The notes beneath the pieces are model-generated. The model saw nothing but the letters and a program-made list of their open reading frames with translations. It did not search any database and was not told the DNA's origin. The position numbers and the translations under genes are program-made. DNA of 38,358 nt, from IMG/VR virus record IMGVR_UViG_3300037047_000317, positions 1 to 38,358 of that record; one strand, written 5' to 3'. This stretch comes from a virus. Taxonomy: Duplodnaviria > Caudoviricetes. Of the stretch, positions 1 to 7,997 are shown piece after piece (position 1 is the stretch's first letter; every line of letters starts with the position of its first letter).

Positions 1-816
1 TTAAAAAAGGCCTCCGAATACCTGCGGCGAGTAGTTGGTGATGATCAGTTCGCCGCTTTCCTTCGGAGCCCCTTGATTGTTGCCGACGCTGTATTTGATG
101 TCGAGCTCGTGGAATACATGGCCAGCGAAACAGCGGCGAATATCCTGGTGGTCATTGATTGAAAGCATCACCTTGCCCTTTGCGGTTCGCATCATCTCGG
201 CCAGCAGCTCGTACTGCTCCCATTCGAACGGAACGCCGTAGCCTTCGGTCTGCCAGTACGGCGGATCGGCATAGAAAAACGTGTGCGGTCTGTCGTACCG
301 GGTGACGCATTCAGACCAGGGAAGATTCTCGATGGTTGTGCCAGCCGCCAAGCGCAAATGTGCTGATGAAAGGTTCTCCTCGATCCGCAGCAGATTGACT
401 GTCGGCGCCGTCGTGGCTGTGCCGAAATTCTGACCAGACACCTTCCCGCCGAATGCATGGTGTTGAAGGTAGAAGAAGCGAGCCGCTCGCTGAATGTCGG
501 TCAGCGTCGCCGGCCTGGTTTCCTGCAGCCACTTGAAGACCTGGCGTGAAGACAGCGCCCACTTGAATTGACGGACGAACTCCTCAAGATGGCAGGCGAC
601 CACGCGGTAGAGATTGGTCAGTTCGCCGTTGATATCGTTGAGCACCTCAACGCTCGCCGGAACCGGGCGGAGGAAATACAGCGCGGCGCCGCCACAGAAC
701 AACTCGACGTAGCACTCATGAGGCGGGAACAGCGGTATCAGTCGATCCGCCAGCCGGCGCTTGCCGCCTAGCCACGGGATGATCGGATTGGTCGGATTGT
801 TAGAGAACTGGGCCAT
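1..816 (-). CDS. DNA adenine methyltransferase (Dam/D12 class, N6-mA)
   Basis: Motifs PWLGGKRRL, YVELFCGGAA, NDIN and catalytic DPPY. Start set at ATG 816 behind GGAG, inside the 3' end of com, as for Mu com/mom. Confidence 0.93.
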   Translation of the reverse strand: MAQFSNNPTNPIIPWLGGKRRLADRLIPLFPPHECYVELFCGGAALYFLRPVPASVEVLNDINGELTNLYRVVACHLEEFVRQFKWALSSRQVFKWLQETRPATLTDIQRAARFFYLQHHAFGGKVSGQNFGTATTAPTVNLLRIEENLSSAHLRLAAGTTIENLPWSECVTRYDRPHTFFYADPPYWQTEGYGVPFEWEQYELLAEMMRTAKGKVMLSINDHQDIRRCFAGHVFHELDIKYSVGNNQGAPKESGELIITNYSPQVFGGLF

Positions 817-953
817 TGAGATAACTCCGTATCGGGAGGCTCGTTGGCCTTCAGGTGGTTCATCGCGCCGCAGCGCGGGCATTTGATATCGAGTCGGATG
901 TATTCCGCCTCGGCTAGTTTTCTATTGCACTTCTTGCATCTGACCTCTTTCAC
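768..953 (-). CDS. com: Com-family zinc-finger translational activator
   Basis: GTG start; EVRCKKCNRKLA...IKCPRCG (CxxC...CxxC); overlaps the methyltransferase start by 49 nt. Confidence 0.88.
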   Translation of the reverse strand: MKEVRCKKCNRKLAEAEYIRLDIKCPRCGAMNHLKANEPPDTELSQWPSSLTIRPIRSSRG

Positions 954-977
954 GAATATGCCTTTTGCGTGTACGCT
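949..977 (+). promoter_or_regulatory. Putative sigma70 promoter for an RNA antisense to the com leader
   Basis: TTCACG (949-954), 17 nt, TACGCT (972-977). Confidence 0.55.
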
Positions 978-980
978 TCG

Positions 981-1084
981 GGCGCCGTCGCGACGGTACG
1001 GTGCCTCGGCCAAACGCAGGCCTGTTCTGCGGGAGGTGGCTACTGGCGGTGTTACAGCACCGGCAGTGGTCGCACCGTCTTTTC
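981..1084 (+). ncRNA. Putative structured small RNA ending in a terminator-like hairpin
   Basis: Three hairpins (981-1005, 1015-1031, 1035-1076) whose non-Watson-Crick pairs are G-U on the + strand; followed by a T-run at 1080-1083; promoter upstream. Confidence 0.5.
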
Positions 1085-1994
1085 ATCGACTACGCCCCAG
1101 CAATTCAGCAACGGTTTTTCCTGTTGCGGTCTGGGCCTTGTTCGGGTTGAGGGCGATTTCCTGGGCGGTGAATGGGCGCTTGTCGGCCAGGGTTCCGGAC
1201 ATGCCTACCGGCCTGTACAGGCAGACGCAGCCGCAATTGATCGACTCCTCGATCGGGGCTTTCGGATCCTTCGGGTACATGATCTTGTGGCCGTTGATCA
1301 CGAACGGTTCATTGATCGGCTTGCGAACGCCGTCAGTGAGGTCGTGGGCGAGGCGGGAGTGAATCTTTCCTGAGCGGCGCCAGATTTTCTCCATTTCGAC
1401 GCCGGCTACGGTCGACTGCATTGCGCGATCGAATGATGCTGTGGCCCAGGCGCGGGAGAGGTTGTCGCCGACGATTGTTGTGACGCGAGACTGGCTGGTT
1501 TCGCCCATAATTACGCCGACCTTGTTGATAGTCTGGCTGATGTCCTGGACGCCGATCATTGCGAGGCCGATCTCGCTCTTGATCTTCTGCGCGGCCTGGA
1601 CGCCGACATCCTTGATGCGGTCGATCATGAAGGTGCGCATGGCCTGCAGTTGGGTGCTGTCGAGCACGGGCAGAACCATCTGAATTCCAGCCGCTGCAAA
1701 CGGTTTGTCCAGGGCTGCGATGCCGCCTGCCCATGCCGCACCGGCGGCTTTGGAAATGACTTCACCGCCCTGCTCGGAGAATGCTCCAAGCAGGCGCTCA
1801 ACTTCGAGATTCAGCAGACTGAGCCGCCATTGTTGGTAGTCGGAAGGCTGGCTGGCCAGCGTCAGTGCAATTTCGCTCTTGGCCCGCTGCAGCAGGGAAA
1901 TCACGTCGTCATGTGTTTCGTCGAGCAGCTTCTTGCGCTCGGCCTGCGCGGCGCGCTCTTGCTCTTTCCAGCGGCGTTCTTGATCCTTGGTCAT
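1083..1994 (-). CDS. Head morphogenesis protein (Mu gpF / SPP1 gp7-like)
   Basis: C-terminal KIWRRSG...H...DG...PF...MYPKDP...ESINCGC motif; lies downstream of the portal. Confidence 0.85.
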   Translation of the reverse strand: MTKDQERRWKEQERAAQAERKKLLDETHDDVISLLQRAKSEIALTLASQPSDYQQWRLSLLNLEVERLLGAFSEQGGEVISKAAGAAWAGGIAALDKPFAAAGIQMVLPVLDSTQLQAMRTFMIDRIKDVGVQAAQKIKSEIGLAMIGVQDISQTINKVGVIMGETSQSRVTTIVGDNLSRAWATASFDRAMQSTVAGVEMEKIWRRSGKIHSRLAHDLTDGVRKPINEPFVINGHKIMYPKDPKAPIEESINCGCVCLYRPVGMSGTLADKRPFTAQEIALNPNKAQTATGKTVAELLGRSR

Positions 1995-2018
1995 GCCATC
2001 ATTTCGAGTTGGGCGGCG

Positions 2019-2276
2019 TCAATTGCACACCAGGTCGCCTTCGTTGTTCTCGTTTCGCTGCCCGCCACGGTCGTACACTTTCCCGTCGCTCGGAACGAAA
2101 AACGGCCGTCCGCGCAAAATGCAATCGGTGTCATCGACCCGAGTGAATTCTTCTTGCGCCCGCTTACGGTATTCATCGGGCAGCTTGTTGAGTTCCTGCC
2201 AGTTCTTCTCCTGGCCGCAACCGTCACATCCGCGTTCGCCATTGCCAAGGCAGAAATACGTTTTGCTTTTGTCCAT
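2019..2276 (-). CDS. Small Cys-containing hypothetical protein
   Basis: 85 aa, GAGGA RBS, starts just after the upstream stop; FCLG...GCDGC. Confidence 0.6.
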   Translation of the reverse strand: MDKSKTYFCLGNGERGCDGCGQEKNWQELNKLPDEYRKRAQEEFTRVDDTDCILRGRPFFVPSDGKVYDRGGQRNENNEGDLVCN

Positions 2277-2280
2277 CTCG

Positions 2281-2586
2281 TCAGTCCTCTCTTGGCGTCA
2301 GCCGCCCAACAGTTTTCGTGGTTACAACTCGCCAGTCGCCAATTTCAATATCACCGCGTGTCAGCCCGTCAATTTCAAACACTGTCTCTGTTGCGTTGGC
2401 ATGGGCAGCGTCGAGGCACAACATCAGCGCGGCGGCAAATGTCGTCGCTTGGTCAAGCTGGGCAGCCGCTCCGGTAATGAGCGAAATTTTCCTTTTCACC
2501 AGTTTTCCAAGTGCAGCATCATCAAGGTCGCTCCAGAGCGCTGCGGCCTTCTCTTCGTCAGTCAAAATCAGCTCTGCCACGTTCAT
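2281..2586 (-). CDS. Hypothetical protein
   Basis: 101 aa; ATGA overlap with the portal stop. Confidence 0.7.
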   Translation of the reverse strand: MNVAELILTDEEKAAALWSDLDDAALGKLVKRKISLITGAAAQLDQATTFAAALMLCLDAAHANATETVFEIDGLTRGDIEIGDWRVVTTKTVGRLTPRED

Positions 2587-3962
2587 CTCTCCAGCGGATC
2601 AGGGAACACGTCTTTGCCCTTTTCGGTCTGTTCGGCCTCGAAGGCTTCCTGCAGGGCTTCGGCGATGTCGATTTCTACGCCGAGCTGGCTGGCGACTGTG
2701 GCGATCAGGCGTAGGGCCAGTTTTTTGGAGATGAATCCGTTGGATACGGCCTGGACCGCGCCGGCTATTACCTGCTGCAGGGCGGCGGCGTAGCGCGTGG
2801 TGTCGCGGGCGATCATTTCGGGGAATACTGCGCTGGGCAGGAAGTCGCCGTCGCCGAAGTCGATCGCTTTCTCATTTGCCTGCGCCCACTGGCGGATGGC
2901 GAAGCGGGCGATTTGCTCGAGCATGTACTTGATGGTGCGCTGGCGCATGCTCATCATCTTGAAAGCGGGGTCGCCCATGCTTTCGCCGGTTGAGCGGTTG
3001 ACGTCGCCGCCGCCGCCATACCAGTGCTCCGGTAGTGTGGCGCCGCCGAGGACGTGATTACGCAGCAGGCGGGCAGATTCGGATGTGTCGGCGGACTTGA
3101 TGTCTGGCGTTACTGCAGCCCACACCTCAGAATCGTTGTGAACTCGGACGCTGTTCGGTGCCGGTGCCTCGATGTCGCGCGCCCGCTGCTTGACCTCTTC
3201 TTCGTTGGCGCCCTTGATCGTTACATCCCAGACGAACGCCCGGAGGTAGCGGTTTCGGTCGACTTCGCCGAACAGGAAATCGTCGTATGCATCCAGCCAG
3301 TCGGCGCTGGCCAGCAGATCTGGGCGGCCGCGAGCGCCCGATGAAAGCCCGTTGATGTTGAAGTAGAAGGCGTCGCCGTCGTTGAACGTGGCGCGGATTT
3401 CGCGAGTACGGGCAGAGAACAGATCGTCTTCGTCGCCATTCACGATGACGCGATATCGCCGGGCCCTGCCTTTTTTGTCCTTGACCGTGACGATGCCGAT
3501 CGGCTGCTCCGGGTTTTCGGGATCCGTGACGACGGTTTCGATCAGCGCCGGGTCCAGGTAGCCGAGGCGAACGTGGCCGCTGTGCTCATTGATGAATGCC
3601 GGGTAGCACTGCTCGCCGAACAGCGCCAGTTCGCGGACCTTCTTTTCCAGCTTCAGATCCATGCTGTTGATCGGGTCGTTCCAGAAGCGGTTGAGCATTG
3701 TCTGGGCTTCGTCGTCATTCACTTCCAGCTTGACGCCGTCTGCGAGCAGGTAGGCCAGCGGTAGTTCGATGATGCGGTTGGCCATCAGGTTGGCTTGCCA
3801 GAGCCAGGCGGATATCTCGCGGGAGCGGCGCAGGGTCACCGGCGCCAGGTCGCGATCGGTGTCGCCCGTGAGACGGCGCCAGCCCTCCTCATCGTCGTCG
3901 ATGGTCTGGCCGGCGGCTTCGCGAACCGTGAAAAGGCCCTTGATCATGTCCAGGATGCGCAT
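2583..3962 (-). CDS. Portal protein
   Basis: 459 aa directly after TerL; ELALFGE...GYLDP, RGRPDL and GGGGDVNRSTGESM segments typical of portals; AAGGA RBS. Confidence 0.8.
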   Translation of the reverse strand: MRILDMIKGLFTVREAAGQTIDDDEEGWRRLTGDTDRDLAPVTLRRSREISAWLWQANLMANRIIELPLAYLLADGVKLEVNDDEAQTMLNRFWNDPINSMDLKLEKKVRELALFGEQCYPAFINEHSGHVRLGYLDPALIETVVTDPENPEQPIGIVTVKDKKGRARRYRVIVNGDEDDLFSARTREIRATFNDGDAFYFNINGLSSGARGRPDLLASADWLDAYDDFLFGEVDRNRYLRAFVWDVTIKGANEEEVKQRARDIEAPAPNSVRVHNDSEVWAAVTPDIKSADTSESARLLRNHVLGGATLPEHWYGGGGDVNRSTGESMGDPAFKMMSMRQRTIKYMLEQIARFAIRQWAQANEKAIDFGDGDFLPSAVFPEMIARDTTRYAAALQQVIAGAVQAVSNGFISKKLALRLIATVASQLGVEIDIAEALQEAFEAEQTEKGKDVFPDPLER

Positions 3963-3970
3963 GGTTGTCC

Positions 3971-5428
3971 TTAGTGGGGGCGGCGGCCAAACAGCGCACC
4001 GGAAACCGGGCGCTTGAGCATGACGCTGCGGCCGGATTGTTTGCGGGATTCGGGAGTGAATTGGTCTGGCCTGGGGGCAACGGTTTCGCCGGCAGGCGGT
4101 GCGGTGTTGTCGCTTTCGAGAAAGCTGATGGCACCGGACAGACCATCGACCTGGTCGTCGTGCTTGCCCTTCGGGAAGTTTTCCAACTCATCCAGGAAAG
4201 CTTTGTTCCAGGCGCCGCGAACCAGCTTGATCTTGAATGCTTCTGCCTGAGCGCTGGCTGGTCTGGCGGCAGTTTCCTTGTCGACGCGTTTCGGTACTGC
4301 CCGCACATCGAAGCCGGCCAGCGCCGAGATATAGAAATCCATCTCGGTTTTGCCGGCCTGGGCCGGATCCTGCTCGAGCGCCTGTGTGCATTCGATGCCG
4401 TCAGCCCGCGCGGTTTCCTTGATCAGTTTCACCACGCCGGCCGGGCGCTTACGGTCGCGAGCGACGTGAGCAACGTAATAGGTCCCGTCCGGCGCCTTGC
4501 CTACCTTCGGCCCGGCGGTGTAGTCGGGGTCAGGGTTCTGGCTAGTCGGCTCACTGGCGGCTCTATCCCAGTAGCGAACCCAGCGGCAGTTGGCCGGCGC
4601 CTTTTCGACGATCTCGAACCATTCCGACTTGAAGTAGTCGCCAGCGGCTGGCCGGATTTTCCAGTTGCCGTTCTTGAGCTGTTCGCGCTCGACTTGGGGC
4701 AAGGCATCCAGATTCGAAATGTACTTCGGGTCTTTCGCCATGCCGATCTTGTTGTCCTTGTAGGACGACGCAATGAAGGTCAGGCTCTTTGGCTCAAGGT
4801 CGGGGTATTGGTCGCGCAGCTCTTCCGGCGACTCTGCCCAGATCAACTCGTTACGGTAGCGGACGAACCAGCGGATAACGCCTGAACGCTCCGGAATGGC
4901 ATAACCGGTATCCTGGTCGATCCACCAGGCGATCAAGTCGGCAACGAAGCTGTCCGGGTCCGGATTGGTTGTCGCGCGGATATATGGAACAACACCAGAA
5001 GAGCTGCGGTTGCGGGACAGCATGTACCAGAATTGCCCCTCTGTGAAATGCGTCAGTTCGTCGAATCCGATCATGGCGACCTGAGCACCTTGCCAGTCCG
5101 TCTTGTTCTTCTCGTGCTGTAAATGCGCAAATGTGATCGTCGCGCCAGATGGAAATGACCACGACAATCCAGAGGATTTTGCGCCGAGCAGCGGATATAG
5201 CTCCTCGGACGTGTCCCACAATCCGCCCTCGGCTTCGACTTGCTTGGTCGTTCGCCGAAAGATCACCGCGCCGAACTTACCGTTCTCACTGTGCCTGGTC
5301 GTCTCCAGCAACAGAGCAAACGTCTTGCCACCGAACGCGGCGCCGCCGTAAATGACGATATCGGCGCTCGATGCCAGGAATGCCTCCTGTGGCCCTGGCT
5401 GCGGCCGGATGATCTGCGGGGAGCTCAT
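3971..5428 (-). CDS. terL: Terminase large subunit
   Basis: Q motif PQPGPQ, Walker A GGAAFGGKT, Walker B IGFDEL, RATTNP coupling motif, nuclease WDRA...HDDQVD. ATG 5428 overlaps the TerS stop. Confidence 0.95.
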   Translation of the reverse strand: MSSPQIIRPQPGPQEAFLASSADIVIYGGAAFGGKTFALLLETTRHSENGKFGAVIFRRTTKQVEAEGGLWDTSEELYPLLGAKSSGLSWSFPSGATITFAHLQHEKNKTDWQGAQVAMIGFDELTHFTEGQFWYMLSRNRSSSGVVPYIRATTNPDPDSFVADLIAWWIDQDTGYAIPERSGVIRWFVRYRNELIWAESPEELRDQYPDLEPKSLTFIASSYKDNKIGMAKDPKYISNLDALPQVEREQLKNGNWKIRPAAGDYFKSEWFEIVEKAPANCRWVRYWDRAASEPTSQNPDPDYTAGPKVGKAPDGTYYVAHVARDRKRPAGVVKLIKETARADGIECTQALEQDPAQAGKTEMDFYISALAGFDVRAVPKRVDKETAARPASAQAEAFKIKLVRGAWNKAFLDELENFPKGKHDDQVDGLSGAISFLESDNTAPPAGETVAPRPDQFTPESRKQSGRSVMLKRPVSGALFGRRPH

Positions 5429-5997
5429 CGACCGTTGTCCGGCAAATAGATCTGCACGCGACTGGCTACGGCTGAACCGATCCGCTCTGCCTGTTCCGGT
5501 GTTAGGCCTTCTGCTTTGGCGCTGGCAATGGCGGCTGCCGCTGCATCTGCTGCCATGCGGGCTGACATGTCCGTCTGCCACTTCTGCCGAGCGATATCGA
5601 GGCGCCCCACGTCAGCAAATGCTCGGGCGACCAGGGATAGTGTTTTAGCGGCGCTGGTCGGGTCGTCTTCATTCTTGACCTGCAGGGATACCCGCAGCAG
5701 GTTGTCTTGCATGATTTCGGTTGCAGCTTCGAGCATTGAATTGTCGTTCTCGGCCCCTGACTCTCGGGCAGCCCTCGCCAGTGCGCGAGTTCGACGTGCA
5801 TCGGCCATGGCCTCCTCGAATTCGGCTTCGAGCTCTTGGCCGTGGCGACCGACTGCGGACTTGGAAATGTCGTAACCCAGCGATTTCAGCCACTCGGAGA
5901 GCTCGACGTAATCGCGAAAGCCTGAGCTGATCAGCCGGCTGTTCAGGTCGTCGACGATTCCCTGTGGCAGGGCACTGATTTTCGAGCGGCGCCCCAC
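5425..5997 (-). CDS. Putative terminase small subunit (DUF3486 / Mu gp27-like)
   Basis: MGRRSKISALP...LSEWLKSLGYDISKSAVGRHG signature; directly upstream of TerL. Confidence 0.85.
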   Translation of the reverse strand: MGRRSKISALPQGIVDDLNSRLISSGFRDYVELSEWLKSLGYDISKSAVGRHGQELEAEFEEAMADARRTRALARAARESGAENDNSMLEAATEIMQDNLLRVSLQVKNEDDPTSAAKTLSLVARAFADVGRLDIARQKWQTDMSARMAADAAAAAIASAKAEGLTPEQAERIGSAVASRVQIYLPDNGR

Positions 5998-5998
5998 G

Positions 5999-6292
5999 TT
6001 ACAGCTCCCCAGGCGCAGGCGTTCCGATGCCGGGCAGTCGAATCAAGCCGCTGGCCACTGACAGGCCGTCGTCGGTCAGCGCAATAATGCCGTCCGATGG
6101 CGCGCTGACCAATCCGAGATCGGCCAGAAATGCTGCATCAACCATCAGCTTGGTCAGCGTCATCGGGTAGCCGGTCACTTCGAGCTCTGAACGCAGGTTG
6201 CGCGTGTCGGCGACGTAGCGTGGACGCATCGAAAGTGCCCGCAGAATCTGCAGGCGCCGAGCGGCGGTATTCACATCCTGAGCGGCGTTCAT
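5999..6292 (-). CDS. Mu gp26-like winged-helix protein
   Basis: RRLQILRAL...FLADLGLV...LTDDGLSVASG...PGI..P.P pattern; synteny before the gp27-like gene. Confidence 0.75.
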   Translation of the reverse strand: MNAAQDVNTAARRLQILRALSMRPRYVADTRNLRSELEVTGYPMTLTKLMVDAAFLADLGLVSAPSDGIIALTDDGLSVASGLIRLPGIGTPAPGEL

Positions 6293-6618
6293 TTCATGCC
6301 CTTCGCTGTTATCTGGTTGAGGATGAGCCGCAGCGTGTCCGACTGTCCACGGTTCTCGCCGACCAGCTGATTTACCGTTGCCGAGAGTTTGTTTACAGAC
6401 TCGTAAACCTTCGCCAAATCACCATGGTTCAGGGCGTTTTCGGCGGTCGTTTTCAACGACGATAGATCCTTATCCATTGCGTCCACCCGGGTGGCCAGAT
6501 CGGTGATGCGCTCATTGGTCTTGTCGCTACGCTTTTCGAGATACAGCCAGACGCCCAGCGCGAACGTGCCGACCATGTTGATGATTTGAAGCCAGACGCG
6601 AATATCCATATCCATCAC
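6289..6618 (-). CDS. Mu gp25-like (DUF2730-like) single-pass membrane/coiled-coil protein
   Basis: N-terminal hydrophobic helix followed by a coiled coil; synteny. Confidence 0.65.
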   Translation of the reverse strand: MMDMDIRVWLQIINMVGTFALGVWLYLEKRSDKTNERITDLATRVDAMDKDLSSLKTTAENALNHGDLAKVYESVNKLSATVNQLVGENRGQSDTLRLILNQITAKGMK

Positions 6619-6845
6619 CCTCTCCGCGCTGTCATGCCCAACCGCTCAATATCGGTCTGGCACTCGAAACAGGTTTGCACGCCAGGGACGTATTTGCGGC
6701 GGGCTTCCGGGATGTCTTCGCCGCACATGGCGCAGACCGTGGCGCTATCACCTGCCGTGGTCTGCGCCTGGCGGGCGCGGTCAGCCAGGGCGTCCTGACG
6801 CATTTCTTCTTCGCGCTCTTGGGCGCGGTCGATGATGTCGCTCAA
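6615..6845 (-). CDS. TraR/DksA C4-type zinc finger protein (own TTG start, also in frame with Rz)
   Basis: SDIIDRAQERE...CAMCGEDIPEARRKYVPGVQTCFECQ. TTG at 6845 overlaps the Rz1 TGA, with GAAGGA upstream. Confidence 0.75.
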   Translation of the reverse strand: MSDIIDRAQEREEEMRQDALADRARQAQTTAGDSATVCAMCGEDIPEARRKYVPGVQTCFECQTDIERLGMTARRG

Positions 6846-7388
6846 TTGGCCTGTTCCTTCGTGGAAGAGCCGGATTGCGTCGAGCTTGGCGCGACAGGTG
6901 TCGTACCGCGTTCGGGCGATGTTGATCCAGCCGGAGACGTCGCGGTCGGTTGCGTATTGCCCGTCATCGGTACCGGTGGCAGTGGATCCATCGGGGCGTA
7001 CAGCGAGGCTGGCGGCTTGGGGCAGACCACCTGCGCGCTGAGCGGTTGGGGCACGGTTGAGCACGCGGACAAGGCCACCATCAAGACAACGGCGACCCGT
7101 CGCAAGACGGTCGATTTCACGGTTTTTCTCCTCGGCAAACAGGGTCAGGGTGTTGCGGTAGCCTTCCAGCTCAAGCGTGAGCTGGTTGCCGTGCTCCAGC
7201 GCGGCTGCCAGGCGTTTGGTGTTGCCATCTGCGACTTGTCGGGCAGCAGTGGCGTGCGTTGTCTTGAGGGTGGCGATGTCGCGGTCCTTGCGCCAACCTT
7301 GCGCAGTCCAGCCAGCGCCGATGCACAGGAGCGCAAATGCAATGACGATGAGGATGTCGACCCAGCGCGGGCGATCAATGAGCGTCAT
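6615..7388 (-). CDS. i-spanin (Rz-like), reading through without a stop into the TraR/DksA domain
   Basis: N-terminal TM (ILIVIAFALLCIGAGWTAQGWR) then coiled coil; ATGA overlap with the endolysin stop. Confidence 0.75.
   Translation of the reverse strand: MTLIDRPRWVDILIVIAFALLCIGAGWTAQGWRKDRDIATLKTTHATAARQVADGNTKRLAAALEHGNQLTLELEGYRNTLTLFAEEKNREIDRLATGRRCLDGGLVRVLNRAPTAQRAGGLPQAASLAVRPDGSTATGTDDGQYATDRDVSGWINIARTRYDTCRAKLDAIRLFHEGTGQLSDIIDRAQEREEEMRQDALADRARQAQTTAGDSATVCAMCGEDIPEARRKYVPGVQTCFECQTDIERLGMTARRG
6842..7138 (-). CDS. o-spanin (Rz1-like lipoprotein) embedded in Rz
   Basis: Basic N-terminus, hydrophobic stretch, lipobox LSA|C, Pro-rich mature part; nested in an alternative frame of Rz. 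Exact start uncertain. Confidence 0.75.
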   Translation of the reverse strand: MPRRKTVKSTVLRRVAVVLMVALSACSTVPQPLSAQVVCPKPPASLYAPMDPLPPVPMTGNTQPTATSPAGSTSPERGTTPVAPSSTQSGSSTKEQAN

Positions 7389-7912
7389 GGACGCTCTCCA
7401 GTCAGGCACAGGTGGGTGTACTCTTGGCGCCGGGTCCAAACTCCCCCGCAGAATCCCTTGTTCTGTGCCAGCGAGCAGTCACGGCCCTGTACCCGTTTGA
7501 AATCAAGAATGGTTTTGCAGGCAGCCTCGTAATTGCCGCTCTGCACCTTGCGCACGATGCTGGATCGGCACACGGCCGGCGCACCTACGTTGTAGGCCAG
7601 GTCGACATAGGCATCCCATTCGTGCTGGTGCAGTTCGGCGTTCTCGCCGAAGCATGCCCGCAACACCTTTTCGTCACCCGCAACGTGTTTTACTGCCCGC
7701 CGGATTGCCTGCGGTGGCGTGATCTTGTCGCCGGCCTGCACTGGTGTGCCGTCGTCGCGCTTGGTGCTGCCCAGGCCTACCGTCCAAGGGTCACCCGGCA
7801 CGGGTTTGATTGCGCTGGTGGAATAGCCCTCGTTGAGCGCAATACCGGCAAATCCGATAGCGCTCAGGCTCAGCGCACCCACCGCGATGCGCGCGTACAA
7901 CGACTTTGACAT
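7385..7912 (-). CDS. SAR endolysin (GH24 lysozyme)
   Basis: N-terminal Gly/Ala-rich SAR segment; NEGY...GDPWTVGLGST; AYNVG; GGVWTRRQE. Confidence 0.92.
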   Translation of the reverse strand: MSKSLYARIAVGALSLSAIGFAGIALNEGYSTSAIKPVPGDPWTVGLGSTKRDDGTPVQAGDKITPPQAIRRAVKHVAGDEKVLRACFGENAELHQHEWDAYVDLAYNVGAPAVCRSSIVRKVQSGNYEAACKTILDFKRVQGRDCSLAQNKGFCGGVWTRRQEYTHLCLTGERP

Positions 7913-7944
7913 ATAACCCCCGGGACAGGCAGCAGATGCCGGTC

Positions 7945-7990
7945 AGGTTACGCAGCGGGATGGCCGGGTTGCAGGGGGCTGAGGTACGGA
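7945..7990 (-). promoter_or_regulatory. Late promoter 1 (lysis/packaging operon) with activator box
   Basis: TCCGTACCTCAGCCCCCTGC (7990-7971), 20 nt, TAACCT; same architecture at 23218 and 29779. Confidence 0.75.
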
Positions 7991-7997
7991 GAGGGGC

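Noticed and set aside
1029-1049. Fourth late-promoter box upstream of com
   Set aside because: Only a weak resemblance to the consensus and no -10 at the 20-nt spacing; better explained by the + strand RNA structure.
1991-2248. Alternative 85-aa ORF overlapping 2019-2276
   Set aside because: The 2019-2276 frame has the RBS and starts right after the upstream stop; this frame lacks such support.
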